DNA of 35,868 nucleotides from Perkinsus olseni (Eukaryota): NCBI GenBank assembly GCA_013115125.1, contig JABANN010000355.1, positions 1 to 35,868 of the forward strand, read 5' to 3'. Shown piece by piece: positions 11,530 to 24,829 of this stretch (position 1 is its first letter; each line of letters starts with the position of its first letter). The notes under the pieces were generated by a model. It saw only the letters and a program-made list of their open reading frames with translations, ran no database searches and was not told where the DNA came from. The position numbers and the translations under genes were made by a program.

Positions 11530-14484
11530 ATGGAGATTGACTGTTGCCTTATTCGACGATTGGCTGTTTCTAAGACACCCGGAGAGAAGGTATAGGGTTG
11601 AGTTGAGTAAGCTTTTAACGGGTAAATCGATCGCGTGATCGATTTCTGGGTTGTTATTGGTATGCGATCGATTTGGTGGAAGGGATTTTATATTGGATGG
11701 CGGAAGGGGGCTCTTCGAGGGAGTGGTATCTTTCGGAAGAACTCACCCAGGAGATTCTCGATGCTGCGGCGGCTCGGTATAAATGCGCACAGCGAAGATT
11801 TCCGGAGGACAGGGTACTGGAAGGGGGAGAAGATTCCTCGGAAGATTCTCCCGCACGCCTCAGATTCTGAGGGTGGGGTATGGTAGGCTTCCACCTGAGA
11901 GTAGGAGAGAGGTCGAAGGTGGTAAGATACGGAAAGGGTCATCATTGAAAGATACCCAGCATCACTCGCTGGTGTTCAACGAAGTGGAAAATGCGGCGGT
12001 TGGGACGATAAAGATACGCGCAGGAGAGACCTCGCGAGATCCAGAGAGGTTGAGTAAAGTGAGATGCGTCTCTGGAAGATATTCGAAAAGTTCTGCGGCC
12101 CGCAGACTGCGGGAGATGTCCCTTGTAGCTTGAGAAATTTCCGGAAAATGATAAAAATTTTCGGAGAAATTTCTCTTGCGAAGATACTAGGTCGCAGACA
12201 GGTACGGAGGCAGTGGAAACGATGATGGTGGACGTAGCACGAGATCGGTGAGGTGACCTATTCTGTTTGTTACGTGCTTGTTCGGAAGATACTGCCTGTT
12301 ATGATTCATAACTTACGAAAGCGCCCGTTTTGTTTCCCACTGGCGAGACCCTAGTTGGGTGTAGTTCCTTCTTGTGAAAAAAATCCTGAGAAATTTCTTT
12401 GGATATTTCCTGAAATGAATTGTGTTGCTCTGTTGCTCCCGCTCTTGCGTAGGTTTTAGGGTTTACACGATCCCTCTAGAGTGTAGAGATGATATTTTAA
12501 CGTCTCCTGTCAAACTCAGGAGTGGACCAAAGATTCCTGTGTCGACTCTCGGGCATATCTCACGAGAGCAGGAGGAGCATGAGGCAGGCGAGGCGTTGAT
12601 GCCGGTGTCAGGTGGGTGGAAGATGCCGGGAGGAGGAGGGAGATGAGGCTTGTTTCATTGGGCACTCGGGCGCACTTGGGATTGAGGCGGGTGCTTGATA
12701 TTTTTGTGGAGGCACGGTTCCTTACTTGACCTGTTTTGTATCTTGCATGGTCGACCGAAAGATATTTTCAGGCACAGACTCTTCCATGAGTATGGTGGAA
12801 GTGAAGAATATCCCCGAAGTTGTTGCCGAGAAGAAAGGTAGCCACTGGGCTGAGTATGCGGACAGTGAGCTTTAATTCACATTGGGACATAATCGATTAC
12901 GTGATCGATTTGAATCCATCCCCAGGTGTACTCTTCCTCAGAGCGCGTCGAGTCACCGTTGCCTCCTCAGAGCGGCAATCGGTCTATTCGTCGTGAACCT
13001 TCGACATTGGACACTGATTTACCGCTAGTGAGTGTTGACACTAAAGTATCGATCGCTCGATCGATTTCCGGACCGGAAATTCCGGTGGCTCTCCTGATTC
13101 TGCTGGGCCCGTGCACTCCCGTATGGTCTGAGTGGGCGCGCGCTTTTATCGTTTCAGTTTATTTGTCTGTCAGGGCTTGTTGGAGGCATATGAGAAGCCC
13201 TCTTCCTTTTCGCACAGCCTCGCTGGTCAGCCTGGACATCGGTGGAATCGGAGGTCATACAGGGTTCTTCCGAGTGTCATCGAAAATTCGTCGGTGACTG
13301 GGATGCTTGGTCAATTATCTGTAGCGTAGGCCACAGGTCCCAGGTTCAATCCCGGCACCCGGTCTTTTCAAGGTACACCCCAGGAACCAGCGTGCATGAA
13401 CGTCGGCAAATAGGGTCCGCTGTAAATTTGAAACGGCGGGTGATGGCATGCAATTCACGACTTTTTCCGACGATTTTTCGCGAGCGGTGAAAAAAGATTT
13501 TTGTGTTCATTTTAATGGAGGTGGGGAGGGTGGCGGCGCCCCTTTTCTGATCTTTACTTTCAGAATGACGACCGAGGAATGAGAGGTGCAGTTAGAGCGA
13601 TCTGAAGGTAGCAAAGCATGCCGGTGGCTTGCCCTCTAAATCTTTAGTTTTCGCGCTTCAAATATTGGCAGTCAGCTGGCAGAATGTATCCACGTTCTTT
13701 CAACCCGGGGCGCTAAAAAGTTCCATCTCAATTAGTTCTAGAAAGAAATTGATAATTTTCAGTAACGCTCAGTCACTCACACTAGGGGAGAGGGGTGTCA
13801 CGGGGTGTTACCTAGTAGGTGCGGACCAATACAGGTACCACTCTCGCGGTATGGTAGGAATCATTATCCTGGTAGTTTGTATTTTTGATCTCGTCATGTC
13901 GTTCGGCGGCGATACGGAGCTGAGCGCCTTCTCGGATGATGTAGTGAAGGGGCGGAGAGGGGAGGTTGAAAATTCGCCGATGGAAACGAGGTTGTTTTAG
14001 AAACTCGGACGTGTTGTTTGCATGGCGTCAGGGCGCCAGATGTGGTGGCTTGTTACTCAACTCGTTACTAATGATCTCTCATGAAACAAGGGTTTGGCCG
14101 GCATCGGTCGAAGTTACCGGCGGGTGGACGTATCGGTGAAGTGCAGTACGATGCGGACCTTCATCGCGGTTTGTAGACCAGGAAGGGCAACACTGCAATC
14201 TCATATCAAATGGAGAATTGAGCTGGCCTCAGTCGACATCAGCCATCAGGCGACTCTCGGAGCCGCTGTCGGCGCTGCGATCTACTGGGCAGAGAGCCCG
14301 AGTCTACCACTCTGAGGAAGACGTCCTCTCCGCGACGAAGGTTGCTCGCGGTGAGCAGCCTCATGCTGAGGCCCTCAGCTATGGCGTGAATGGAAGACAA
14401 GTATTCAATGCATCGAAGGCTGTGTTGAGGTGGCGGACCGATTTGACGCGCAGTCCACCCCTGAAAGACATTACCGAACACTAA
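11530..14484 (+). CDS. Hypothetical multi-exon gene or genes; boundaries uncertain (may end near 13600)
   Basis: GC-richer exon-like blocks bounded by GT/AG (e.g. MEIDCCLIRRLAVSKTPGEK, ILYWMAEGGSSREWYLSEELTQEILDAAAAR, REVEGGKIRKGSSLKDTQHHSLVFNEVENAAVG, GLLEAYEKPSSFSHSLAG). I could not build one fully consistent frame and recognised no domain. Confidence 0.4.
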
Positions 14485-15207
14485 CGTAACTACGTTTTCA
14501 TGCTGTTTTTGTAATATAGTCTACGACCAAGTTATAGTTGGACGTTGTGCAATATCTTCCTGGGAGCGTATGCTTATTGAGGCGCTCGGGCTGCTAACCT
14601 ACGACCGACAGAGGCAAAGGATCGCCTGCGCCATGGTTATGTGCGCGTACATGGCGTGGTTTCACTACCTGGTGTTGGTGCGGGCAGGAACTGCAGCTAC
14701 TGTGTTCTCAAGACATGGCAGTCACCATGCATGTGATATCCGTAAATGGTTCCACTTATACAACATCCGACTGCCGCCTAATCATCAAGTACCGGGGCCC
14801 ATTGCTACCGCCTGTGTCAGTAACGGTATGCAGTATTCTTCGTTTAAAATACCGCAGCCTGTGACTCCCAGGTCACGAAGACTCTGCATTGAGCTCGTGC
14901 CTGTTCTTATAGAACAGTTGTATGCTGAATCAGCAGTGCTGATACTCTTCCGTCGTAGGAGATCACCCCAGGAGGTCGGTCTTCCGAGTTTCCAAGCGTT
15001 ACTTGAGGCCCCTTGGATACTACCTTTCTAAGACCTTGGACTATCGTGTCATAAGGGTTCAATCGAGACGAATTTAAATCAGTGTCAATTTCTGATCAGA
15101 GCTTGACGCGAGTTGCGTGTTTCCAGCCTGCCCAATCAGCCTCAAAACGTTCGCACGGAAATTTTGGAGGCGATTTCTTCCATCTATTTGCCTGAGCATG
15201 CTATGAA

Positions 15208-17733
15208 ATGATACGTACGCGTCTCACAAATCTCCTCGTCGTGTGTTCCCAGTGTGGCCACCACAGGAATGCTGTCGACTCGTCGTCCTTCTTCCACAGG
15301 TCCCGAAGATCCTGGTTTGCGGGCTGCCAAGGTCAGGGAAATCTTCTATCATCCGCGTTGTCTTTGGGAAAACGTCTCCGCATGAGACGGCGTATCTAGA
15401 GCCGACAACCATGCCGGAAGTTCGACGTAAGATCTCGTGGCGCGCGGTCAGATTTTCGGTTTTTTCCCGAAAAATTCTGAATTTTCCTACGTGTTTCTGT
15501 CAGATGTTGCAAACCACCTGGCTCATGTGAAGATAGTGGACGTGCCTTCGACGTACCAGCTCGACAGAGAATCTGAGGAGGAGCCGACGGAGCAGGATAA
15601 AACGTGGTTCAGCAAGACCGTGGCTATCGTCTTTGTTATCGGTAAGAAAGGAAATTTTTCGAGAAACCGGCGATTTTCGGGAGTTTCTGGACCACCTTTT
15701 TTTATTTGGTGTCTCTGCGTTTTTCCTTATCGGGAGAGTAGTTCCTTATCGTTCTAGGGGGTATCTTGCGGCTTTGCTGGGGTCCTCCTTGCTGTTGCGC
15801 ACAGCGAAGGTTTTCAGATTCCCTCGAGGATAACTGGCACCAAGCTCTGCTGTATGCTCGTCGAGTCGTGCGTCGGGCCATAAGGGTGAATCCTAATATT
15901 GTGTTTCAGGTCATATCTGGGGCGAGCGCTACAATCTTGATCGATTTTGTTCTTTGGCGGGAAGGTGAAATTTTGCAAAAAATTTTGGCATCTACGCGAC
16001 GGAATTCGGCTACAGCGCTGAGCCATCGTGGCTATTACGAAATTACGGGAAAGTGTCGTAAATTTTTCCCAGATTATCTCGAATTTCTTTTTTCAGGTAT
16101 TTTATCACAAAATAGACAGCAACTACAGATTCGATGGCTCCTACAGCGGTAAGAAATTGGGGAATTTTTTCCGGGGAAATTTTTTGTCAATTTTTAGGAG
16201 ATGGTATCAATGCTCTGCATGGAGAAGATATTTCTGATGCTTATGTGAAGGAGCTGCAAGCATCTTTGGGTGACGTGGAAAAATCGTCACTGCGCCACGA
16301 AATTATTATTCTGTTCAGATGAGGATCTTTATAGGAATGGCTGCCGTGTGGCCATTACTTGGCATTGCACGAGTATCTACGATCATTCTGTAAGATACGC
16401 GGGAAACGCACAGCGAAGATTTTTGATGTGGGCGACGGGTGTGAAGATACTCTCGAATGAGCGTATGAGCGGAATACTTGAGCGTTGGATACTCCATGCG
16501 CACAGCAAAGATTCTTGATGGTCAGGTTTTTGACTGCTTTTCGAGGCTCCTGCAGCAGCTGTCGGTGGTCCATCCCCACGGCCAGTGTGTTGAGCAGCTC
16601 TTGGACTCCCTGGTGTCAAATTGCAGGATGGAGCGAGCGTATCTTTTTGATATTGTATCCAAGGTGAGGCTGCTAGGTCGACCTAGTATCTTCTTCGCCG
16701 TGCGCAGATCGCGAAGATATTCCTTTCAACTTCTCTTCAAAATATGTCAGATTTGGTTTCGAAATATCGGACGTGTTCCTTTGCTGAGAAAGATACCTTT
16801 TCCTTCGGAATCTTCGCTGTGCGCATTTTCACGGTCAGGTTTACTTGGCGAGCGACTCGGGTTTCGGTGGTGGTGATTCTGTTCTTTCATACGAGTTGAT
16901 GTCGGACATGCTAGACGTGATCATCGACACGAGTTGCATCTACGGCATCGGACCGCCGCGTAACGGAAAAAGTGAGACTAAAGACGGGAGCGGTGAAAAA
17001 TTACGAAAATTTCAAAAAAAAATCGGGAAAATTTTCACTTTTTGCTCGCCGTGTCGATGAACGTGATTTCGTGTCATGAACTTCATGGAGATGAAGTATA
17101 CGGGGAGGAATTGGTTTTTTTGAGGGTTTTTTTGTGTGGAGGAATTATCTTTTACCTCCAAAATCTTATTTTTTTGCAGGGAAAATTCGCGGAAATTTGC
17201 GCGAGTGGTCGAATCTGGTGACGGAAGTGAAAATTCGGAACAATTTCATCCGGAAAATTTATTACTTCCTCGATTCAGATGACAGCAGAGTGGCAAGTCC
17301 TCGAGACGCAGCGGTTATACAACAGGGTGAGTATCATATGAAACGGCTGATCGATTTGGGGCGAGCGAGATTGTGACTGATGATTCCCAGGCGCGGGCCC
17401 TGCTTCACTCGCCATTAATTCGGCGAGCTCATGCACTATCTCTCTGAGCAATGGCCTCATACTGTACATGAAAGAGGTAGGTGGAGCTGTGCGCATGCGT
17501 GCAAAGTTCGTACCAAATTTCCCGCAAATCGTAGGTGGATACGTTCTTGGCGTTGGTGTGCCAAATCAAGGAGGAGTACTTCGATAGGACCTTCCTGGTG
17601 GATCATAATATTAACAAGTTTAAGGAGAGTCTAGCTCAGGTAGATGAGAATAGCGCTCACCCAGGTGATCGATTTGTGATTGTAGGTGTTGGGCAGCTCT
17701 CCGACACCGACTCAGGTGAAGGAGGGGTCGTAA
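15208..17733 (+). CDS. Rag GTPase, RagC/D (Gtr2)-like; start codon uncertain, conserved core begins about 15300
   Basis: PKILVCGLPRSGKSSIIRVVF (G1), SPHETAYLEPT (G2), AIVFVID, VFYHKID (G4), TSIYDHSVFDCFS (G5), AYLFDIVSKVYLASDS, YELMSDMLDVIIDTSCIYG, LYMKEVDTFLALVC. These are RagC/D hallmarks. Confidence 0.93.
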
Positions 17734-17976
17734 GGCAACATTTTGACGATATGTTTCAACCGTGGAGCGTTGGGTTGACTATGGATGCAGGTTCAATTCT
17801 CGGGAAGGGCATTCTTACTGCATCAACATGGTCGCCGTAAAAGACTTGAATTTGTTCGTTCGGCGATTTGGAAGTGAAGGTTCTTAGTTAGTGACAGCGA
17901 TATAACTTGGTAACGCATCAGAATTAATTATCAAGAATTATAGGGGAAGGAGCGTCAGTAGAGAGATTTGGATTCG

Positions 17977-20900
17977 ATGTCGTTCCTCGTCGACACTGAG
18001 CGGCCGCAGAAGCTGGATGAGCTCACCTTCCATCCGAGCTTGACGAGGACCCTGAAGAAATTGGTAGGCTGGGGGATTCGAACCCGGGACCTGTTGAATA
18101 GTGGCTGGCCTAATTGATATGGCCATTGGGCAGTAGCTGGCTCGTGGCGTTGAGGAATTGCAAGAGAGCAAGATCGACTGATAAGCCCTGGAGGTTCGGT
18201 GGTCATTCAGGCGGCATCGAAAGACTGTCCGCATCTCCTCTTCTACGGCCCTAGTGGCGGTGGGAAGATGATTCGGTAGGTATGGAATCTTCGCTGTGCG
18301 CAAAGATATGCTTCAGGATTCGATGCTTGCTGGAAGGGATGTTCGGTCCTGGCGCTGAGAAGGTGAGTATGGCAGAAGATCCAGGCTTGGGAGGGCTTTC
18401 GTGTTGGTATCCAAGGTTGAAGCACGCATTTCGTAGAGAGCGTTTCGAATGCTTCTCCTCAGGGGACGAATTATGCAGATGTTCTTCTGTCAGACCAGCA
18501 CGAGCTTCCGACAGTTCAAGGCGACAACTAGCACAACGGTTGATATTCAGGTAGGTCTCGAAGGAGCAGACGACTCGGGTTCGAGCCCCAGCCCTTCCTT
18601 CCTTGTATTTTTATGATGTCGCTTGACTAGCCTGATTGAGTGATAGCCTTCAGAGATGGCATGTATTTTGGTCGAGTAGAGAACTATTCGAATTTGAGCG
18701 TTGAGGAAATGCGAGAGAGCAAGTGAGGCCGTCGGCCCGTCGGTACCTTTCGTATTGTCTCAGGTCGTGGTCAGTGCGTTTCATGTTGAAGTCACTCCGA
18801 GCGATGTTGGCATCAGAGATGCTGCTGTCATTCAACAAGTAGAAAATGCCGGGTGCCGGGATCGATCCGTGGACCTTTGGATTGTTAGTTGATCAAACAA
18901 ATGGCCGAGAACCCGCCGGTTGGGGAGGTTCCTTTTCATGTGGTCGTGATAAATGATGCTCATTGCCTTACTCGACAAGCCCAGGCGGCGCTGAGGCGGA
19001 CTATGGAGAAGTAAGATCACAGCAGAGGAATTTCGTGGCGCGCGAGAAAATTATGAAATTTCGATTGTCGAAGTTGGCGAGGCTAAGAAAAAGCGTACGA
19101 GCATGTGATTTTTTGGTCTTCCCAAGTGAATTTATGCTCTATTATCGATTTCGAGAGGGTTGATAGATCGAACTTGACCTTGCATCAGATACGTGTCAAA
19201 GATACGTTTTATTTTCCACGCGGATTCACTATCCCCGCTGATTCCACCACTGAGGAGTAGGTGTTTGGGCATACGGGTACCGAGGCCTACTCCGGATGAG
19301 GTGAGATAATTGAGCGGAGCGAAGCGAAGCGAGAATGTTTTACTGTGTGTTTTTCAGTTGCAACGGGATATGATGAATATCTCTCAGCGACATGCCCTTG
19401 GATTGAACCCGGGTCTTTGCGCACGGATTGGTAAGAAGCTCCTTGCCGCTGGGAACGTCTGTAGGTCTATTGTGATCTCGAGAATGAGTTCGCGGGGGTT
19501 TACTCATAGCTGGGACCTCGATACTGACATTATGTTGGGGATATCGTACGCGTATCTTTTAGCCGTTTCACTATCAGTGATTTATTAGTGTGGGTCGCGC
19601 CGGTGGTGGATGCGTTGAGTGGTGGTTGTTTCAGTGGAAGAGAGTGGATGCGACGCCCGATTGGCTCTAATTCGGCTGGATGTACTGCGACGGAAGAACG
19701 TTACACTGAGTGACCCGCGTGCCGTGATAGAGAAGCAGAGCTGGAAGGTGGGTATAGTCTATCAGACCCGTTGGAATGTTTGATAACTGTGTGTTCGGTG
19801 GCATTTACGGAGAGAATAGTAGAATGGCTCAATTTTACCCATGCCAGCTACGACAGCCGTACTACGATACGTACTACTCTAAAGCAGCTCGTGATTCATC
19901 TTCGCTAGGCTGCTCACCTTATGCTTCTCGCGACCTAGTGCTACATATCTTGCCATGTCGCCTGATCTATCTTGCCGTGTAGCATTTGCCGCTTCACTGC
20001 AGCATGAATCGCAAAGGTTCGGCACAGCGCCCAACATCTCCTCGAGCTCTGCTTTTTTTGCTCCCGGTGACTCCCACTCCTCCCGTCACTCCTATCACGC
20101 CGGCTGGTAGGAGACCCACGTCGATGACGCCTGCTGCGCCAAGGACTCTTCGACTTGAACGCGATGCCCCCCGCCCTGCTCCTACCGACGGTCAGTGACC
20201 GTCCTGTGGCCCTTGAAGGATACTCATATTAGTGGTGATGATTTGTATAGTGTATTAGGGCTTTAGTCAGTAGTGGTCGTCATCATAGTAGCGGCAATAG
20301 TAAGGCGACCACCGAAGGGGGTCGTCCATTCAGCCAATTTCATTGATGGCGATGGTCATAGCTGTCGTCAGAGTATCATGGAAAAGTAACAGTAGCAGTC
20401 ATAGTCACAGTGGTATATAGCAGTAGTCACAGTTGGCAGAAACCCGAGTGCACTCCTCTCGTATCGTGATGGGTCCAGGCCGGATGATAAGATTATCTGT
20501 GCCCGGAGTTGAGCGGGGCAAGGTGTTACAGGGTTCTCGTCGAGAACTTCTCGAAGCGAACCTTGAACTTGTGCAGAGCCGGGGTACTCCTGTTATCAGC
20601 TTGCTACCCATCAGGGTTTGCATCACGAAACGCATTCCTTCGGCGACATGCATCGAGCTGAGCAGGTTTCCATGTAGACGGTCCTCTGTTTGAGTTAATT
20701 GCCGCCTAGTCTCACGTTTGGGCGTCATAAACTCTGTTTTTTGTCTCAAATTGAGGAGAAAACTGTCTGGAGCGGGCCTTCTCGTTCCCGCCCCAAGAGA
20801 ATCCACCAGCAGGAATATCTTTGTCAGGTATTCGTGGAAGACATTGCTAAAGACATTGTAACCGAACAGTCACCAAAGCGAATGCTGGTGAGTGGAGGGG

Positions 20901-21642
20901 GAGGGGGATTGGGGGAGGAGGGACTCGGAGAAGCCTTGGGGTGTTCGCAATGGAGATATTTTACATTTTCCATATTTCATATTGGGACTAGTGATGAGGA
21001 AATCAAGTAACCGAAAGGAGTATGAGCGTATCTTACGATTTTGCTGCGCACTCGAAATTTTTCGTCTGCGTTGGTAGTTCGACATGTCACTCGTTTGAGA
21101 CCGGTCTCCCAAGAGGGCGACCTGAGTTGCCCGTAGTACTCCTCCTCGGTGCTGTCGTCGTTCTTAAATCTTGCAACCTTGCTCCATCTTGGGTTTTCTC
21201 AGGCCGTTCGAGCCAAGTTATATACTCTGTTAACGCAATGGATAGATCCACGAGACATCTTCTATCATCTCGTCCTCTGCCTTGGGCAACGCATGGGTTC
21301 GAGCGAAGATAAGCTGAGAAACCTCACACAGCTGGCTGCACGGTAGCGGACGGGGGATCTGCTCGATGGAGGCTATGCTCCTTGAGCTCGAGGAGCTCGA
21401 GACGGGCAGCGAGGGTCTAATTTTTGCGGCGATGTCCATGGCTTTAAGGCCATGAATGAATTCATCACCAGGGGGAATTAGTTCCGATAACGGAGTTTTT
21501 AGCGCACTATTCAGTGGCAATCGCGAATGTGCAATATTTCAGGTATGAAGGCAGGCGTGCGAAGAGCGCGAAGGCAGTAATGCAGTTAGAGGCCTTCGTG
21601 GCTCAAACCATGATGATTATTATCAACTCCTCTGGGAAGTGA
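17977..21642 (+). CDS. RFC3: Replication factor C small subunit (human RFC3 / yeast Rfc5 type), about 13 exons
   Basis: ERPQKLDELTFH, PHLLFYGPSGGGK, HVEVTPSDVG, VVVINDAHCLTRQAQAALRRTMEKY, LIPPLRSRCLGIRVP, IVTEQSPKRMLAVRAKLYTLL and LEAFVA. The degenerate Walker motifs are typical of this subunit. Confidence 0.95.
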
Positions 21643-22292
21643 TTAACTACTACTATTGGTAATTTCCTGCACGCATCAGCTTGGTCGAACTGGTTGTGTT
21701 GCTTGGATTTTGGGTGGCAACCTTAAAGGTCCGCTCGGCTGTTCCGGTAGAGCTTATCAAGTTTTCTCTTCGAACCGCTGGTTTTCTCTCGTAATGGACA
21801 TATGTAGGCGGGCGCATCTTCCACTAATGACCCGAGGTTCCACCGTTAAACGGTGACCGTTTACGGCTGTGCTCGCGCCTTTCGCTGCTTCTCACAACTC
21901 TACTGAATACCATTCGGAAAAAGCTTTCATTGTAGCTTGAGAGAGAGCGACGATGGCATAATAATCGTTGATGTTGCATGCGAATCATTCATGATTATGT
22001 GTGATTATTTTCTACAGTCTGTCCTACTGAAAATTTCCGCATTGGTGTTTTGGAAATTGGACTTGTGGATTGCCCGGACGGGAGGGAGCTGAGGCGGTTG
22101 AGTGGGAGGGCCTAGGGCACCATGAGACGCGCAACATCGTGAACATTCTGACACACTGAGTTTCTTCGGTGAGCTAGCCCTGGGCGACGTTCTAGCGCGA
22201 ATTTTCAGCTGCGGGAATCCACTGGCTACTGAACTGGAACGGGTGTGATAGTCTGGACTCAGTCGCACAATGATTAACACAGTTTTCTACTA

Positions 22293-22335
22293 CAGGGTGC
22301 CGGCTTGAAAAGGGCCACCCTGTGATGAATTTTTT
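22293..22335 (+). mobile_element. Solo left end of the Tc1/mariner-type MITE family seen at 25063
   Basis: TA-CAGGGTGCCGGCTTGAAAAGGGCCACCCTGTGATGAATTTTT aligns with TA-CAGGGTGCCGACTCAAAAAGGGCCCACCCCTCATGAATTTTT at 25061. Confidence 0.7.
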
Positions 22336-24397
22336 GAAGAGAGTGGATGTGATGCCCGATTGGCTCTGATTTGGCCGGATGCGCTCCGGAGAAAGAACGT
22401 TACTCTGAGTGACCCGCATGCCGTCATTGAGAAGCAGAGCTGGAAGGTGGGTATGGACCATACCGTATGGTCCGTCACCACTAGAATGGTGGATCATTCG
22501 TGTAGAAGCATATCGTAAAATCTTTCTTATCAAATGATGATTTATCTTGTGATTGAAGCTATTCCAGTTTTAGTTCGTTGGTGCATGACGGCGAAATTTC
22601 ATTTAGTTCTTTTAGTTTGGCGACAAATAATAACTGCCTGATTCAATCAGGCTGATTTACAGTCTTTATGAACTTCCTAGCTTCTTCGGAGTAACTCCGA
22701 CGGAGTGCGCACGTCGTGGAGTATGCTGAAAATGGATGTCATTGAAAGAGTCAGGGCTGTAAAGGGCTGTGTAGGGCTGCCCCTTATGCAAGGGGAATAT
22801 GTAGATGAATGTGGTGCGACTATATATTTTCACTTATACAACTACGGTCACTTGCACTACATCCCTGTTTCCCAAAAGTCTATGATGAGTCATATTCATT
22901 GGGGAAGATCAATTATGTTTACAAAATGTTGTGAACATCCAGTTTGCACATGTACGAAGCTTGAATAATGTTCATCAGTGACTTCTGGACGCCTGAGCAC
23001 TCGCTGGTACCCGAAGTGTGCTCCGTCATCGGTGTTATGAGTCATAACACCATTGTTAGAAACCTTGTTATGAGAACCTCTGAAAGAATTTATTGTGCTG
23101 GGGGTTCGCCGCGGTTGCCATGAGAGACTGGTTGGACGTCATGGACTACACGCACTGGGGCGGAAACAGCAGATGGCTTTTCCCTCAGTGGAACGGGAAC
23201 AAGCTCGACGATAAGAACTTGATTATCTATACCGGAAGTTGAGCCAGGCAGCGGGTTACAGAATTTCTCGCATTGGGTGTCATTCAGCCGTACAAGGAAA
23301 CAAGTGTTGAACGTTCATATTACGCTCGAGACTTCGGAGGAGATCGCGTTCGCAAGGGGGCTTGGCCCTGTCCTCTACTATGTGTGCAGAGCCGGAGTAA
23401 TCCTGGTATGAGCTTGCCACCCGTTGGAGTTCGCATCACGGAACGCATTGCCCTGACTACACGCACAGGTTTCCAAGTCTATGGCCCTCTGTTCGAGTTA
23501 ATTCCTGTTAACTTCGAGTACCACCTCTGATGTTTGCAAGGAAAACTGTCTGAAGCAGGCCTTCCTGTTGGCCCAAGAAACTTGAATATCTTGATCAGGT
23601 ATTCTTGGAAGATATTGCTAAAGCTATTGTTGCCGAGCGGTCACCGGAGCGAATGCTGGTGAGTCGAGGGGGGATTGAGGAGTGGGTTGTCGGAGCAGCC
23701 TTGTGCTTGAGTTCGGGATAGGAATAAATTAGATTAGATGGGAAATTTACATTTTCCATGTTCCGTATTGGGGCGGACCGTCCGCCAACGGTGGAACGTC
23801 CAATCCGTGGAACAGATGGAGCGTGTCAACAACGCGGCGTTGTCAACGCCCGCCGCGGACGTTGAATTGAAACAACAGCGAATGGCGCATGAGCGTACCT
23901 CACGATGACGCTGCGCACTCGGAATGTTTTGTATGCGTTGACAGGTCGTCACGTGACACGTTTGTAACCGGTGTCCCGGGAGGGTCGCCTGGTGGTGATC
24001 GGTGTTTGGAGTGCATCTTCTCGGCGCTGCCGTTGCTTCAAGGTCTTGCAATCTTGCTCCATCTAGGATTTTCTTAGGCGGTTCGAGCCAAGTTGTATAC
24101 CTTGTTAACGCCAGGGATGTAGCACCAATACCATGGGTGATGGTATTCACAGGGTAAAACTTTTCCTGCTAACGGAGTTCTTAGCGCATTATTCAGTGTA
24201 TAGGAGCGGAAGAATTTTCGTGATTGAAGATTGGGTTCGGGGGCTTGACATTATTGATTCGCTTCCGGCGGAGCGACGCGAGTGTACATTATTTCAGGCA
24301 TGAAGGCAGACGTGCGAAGAGCGCGAAGGCGATAATGCAGTTAGAGGCCTTCGTGGCTCAAACGATGATGATTATTATTAACTCCTCTGGGAAGTGA
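22336..24397 (+). pseudogene. Partial tandem duplicate of the last four RFC exons
   Basis: Diverged exon copies at about 22336-22447 (EESGCDARLALIWPDALRRKNVTLSDP), 23599-23658 (VFLEDIAKAIVAERSPERML), 24078-24113 (truncated) and 24298-24397 (terminal exon), plus homologous intron flanks. The 5' exons are absent and the third exon has an internal deletion. Confidence 0.88.
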
Positions 24398-24829
24398 TCA
24401 ACTACTACTACCCTCCTCCACAAATTCTTAGCATATCCGGTTCTTCGACTCGTATAATGTGACCTGAATTAGTGCGGCCCTGCAACTCACGGAGATATTT
24501 TCTTATGCTCCGCAGGATATAACCTCTAAGTTTCAGGTGCTAATTTTTCGCAGTAAGTGAGAACCCGAAAAGTGGTAAAATGTTTTTCTCCACAAACTCT
24601 ATATCTATAACTTCGCCTCTAATCTGGTGCCATGCATCAATGGAAAGAGCGCCTTTCAGAAGGCTATCTCTCCATGGTTCATCCCAATATTCGGGTTCGG
24701 AACTAAACCAGAACTCCGTTCGGGTTCGGTGAACATCGACACGGTTCTCTACTATGTTGATGTCGGTTCAGTATCCCGGGGAAAGCGTGCTCATTGTATT
24801 TATGCAGTTTTCCATGCTGAGAGTTTTCC

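Noticed and set aside
14570-15031. 153-aa intronless ORF
   Set aside because: No recognisable domain, and an intronless gene would be atypical here. Likely chance.
19399-19420. Antisense B-box-like GGATTGAACCCGGGTC
   Set aside because: It lies in an RFC coding exon (GLNPGL), so it was not counted in the intron family.
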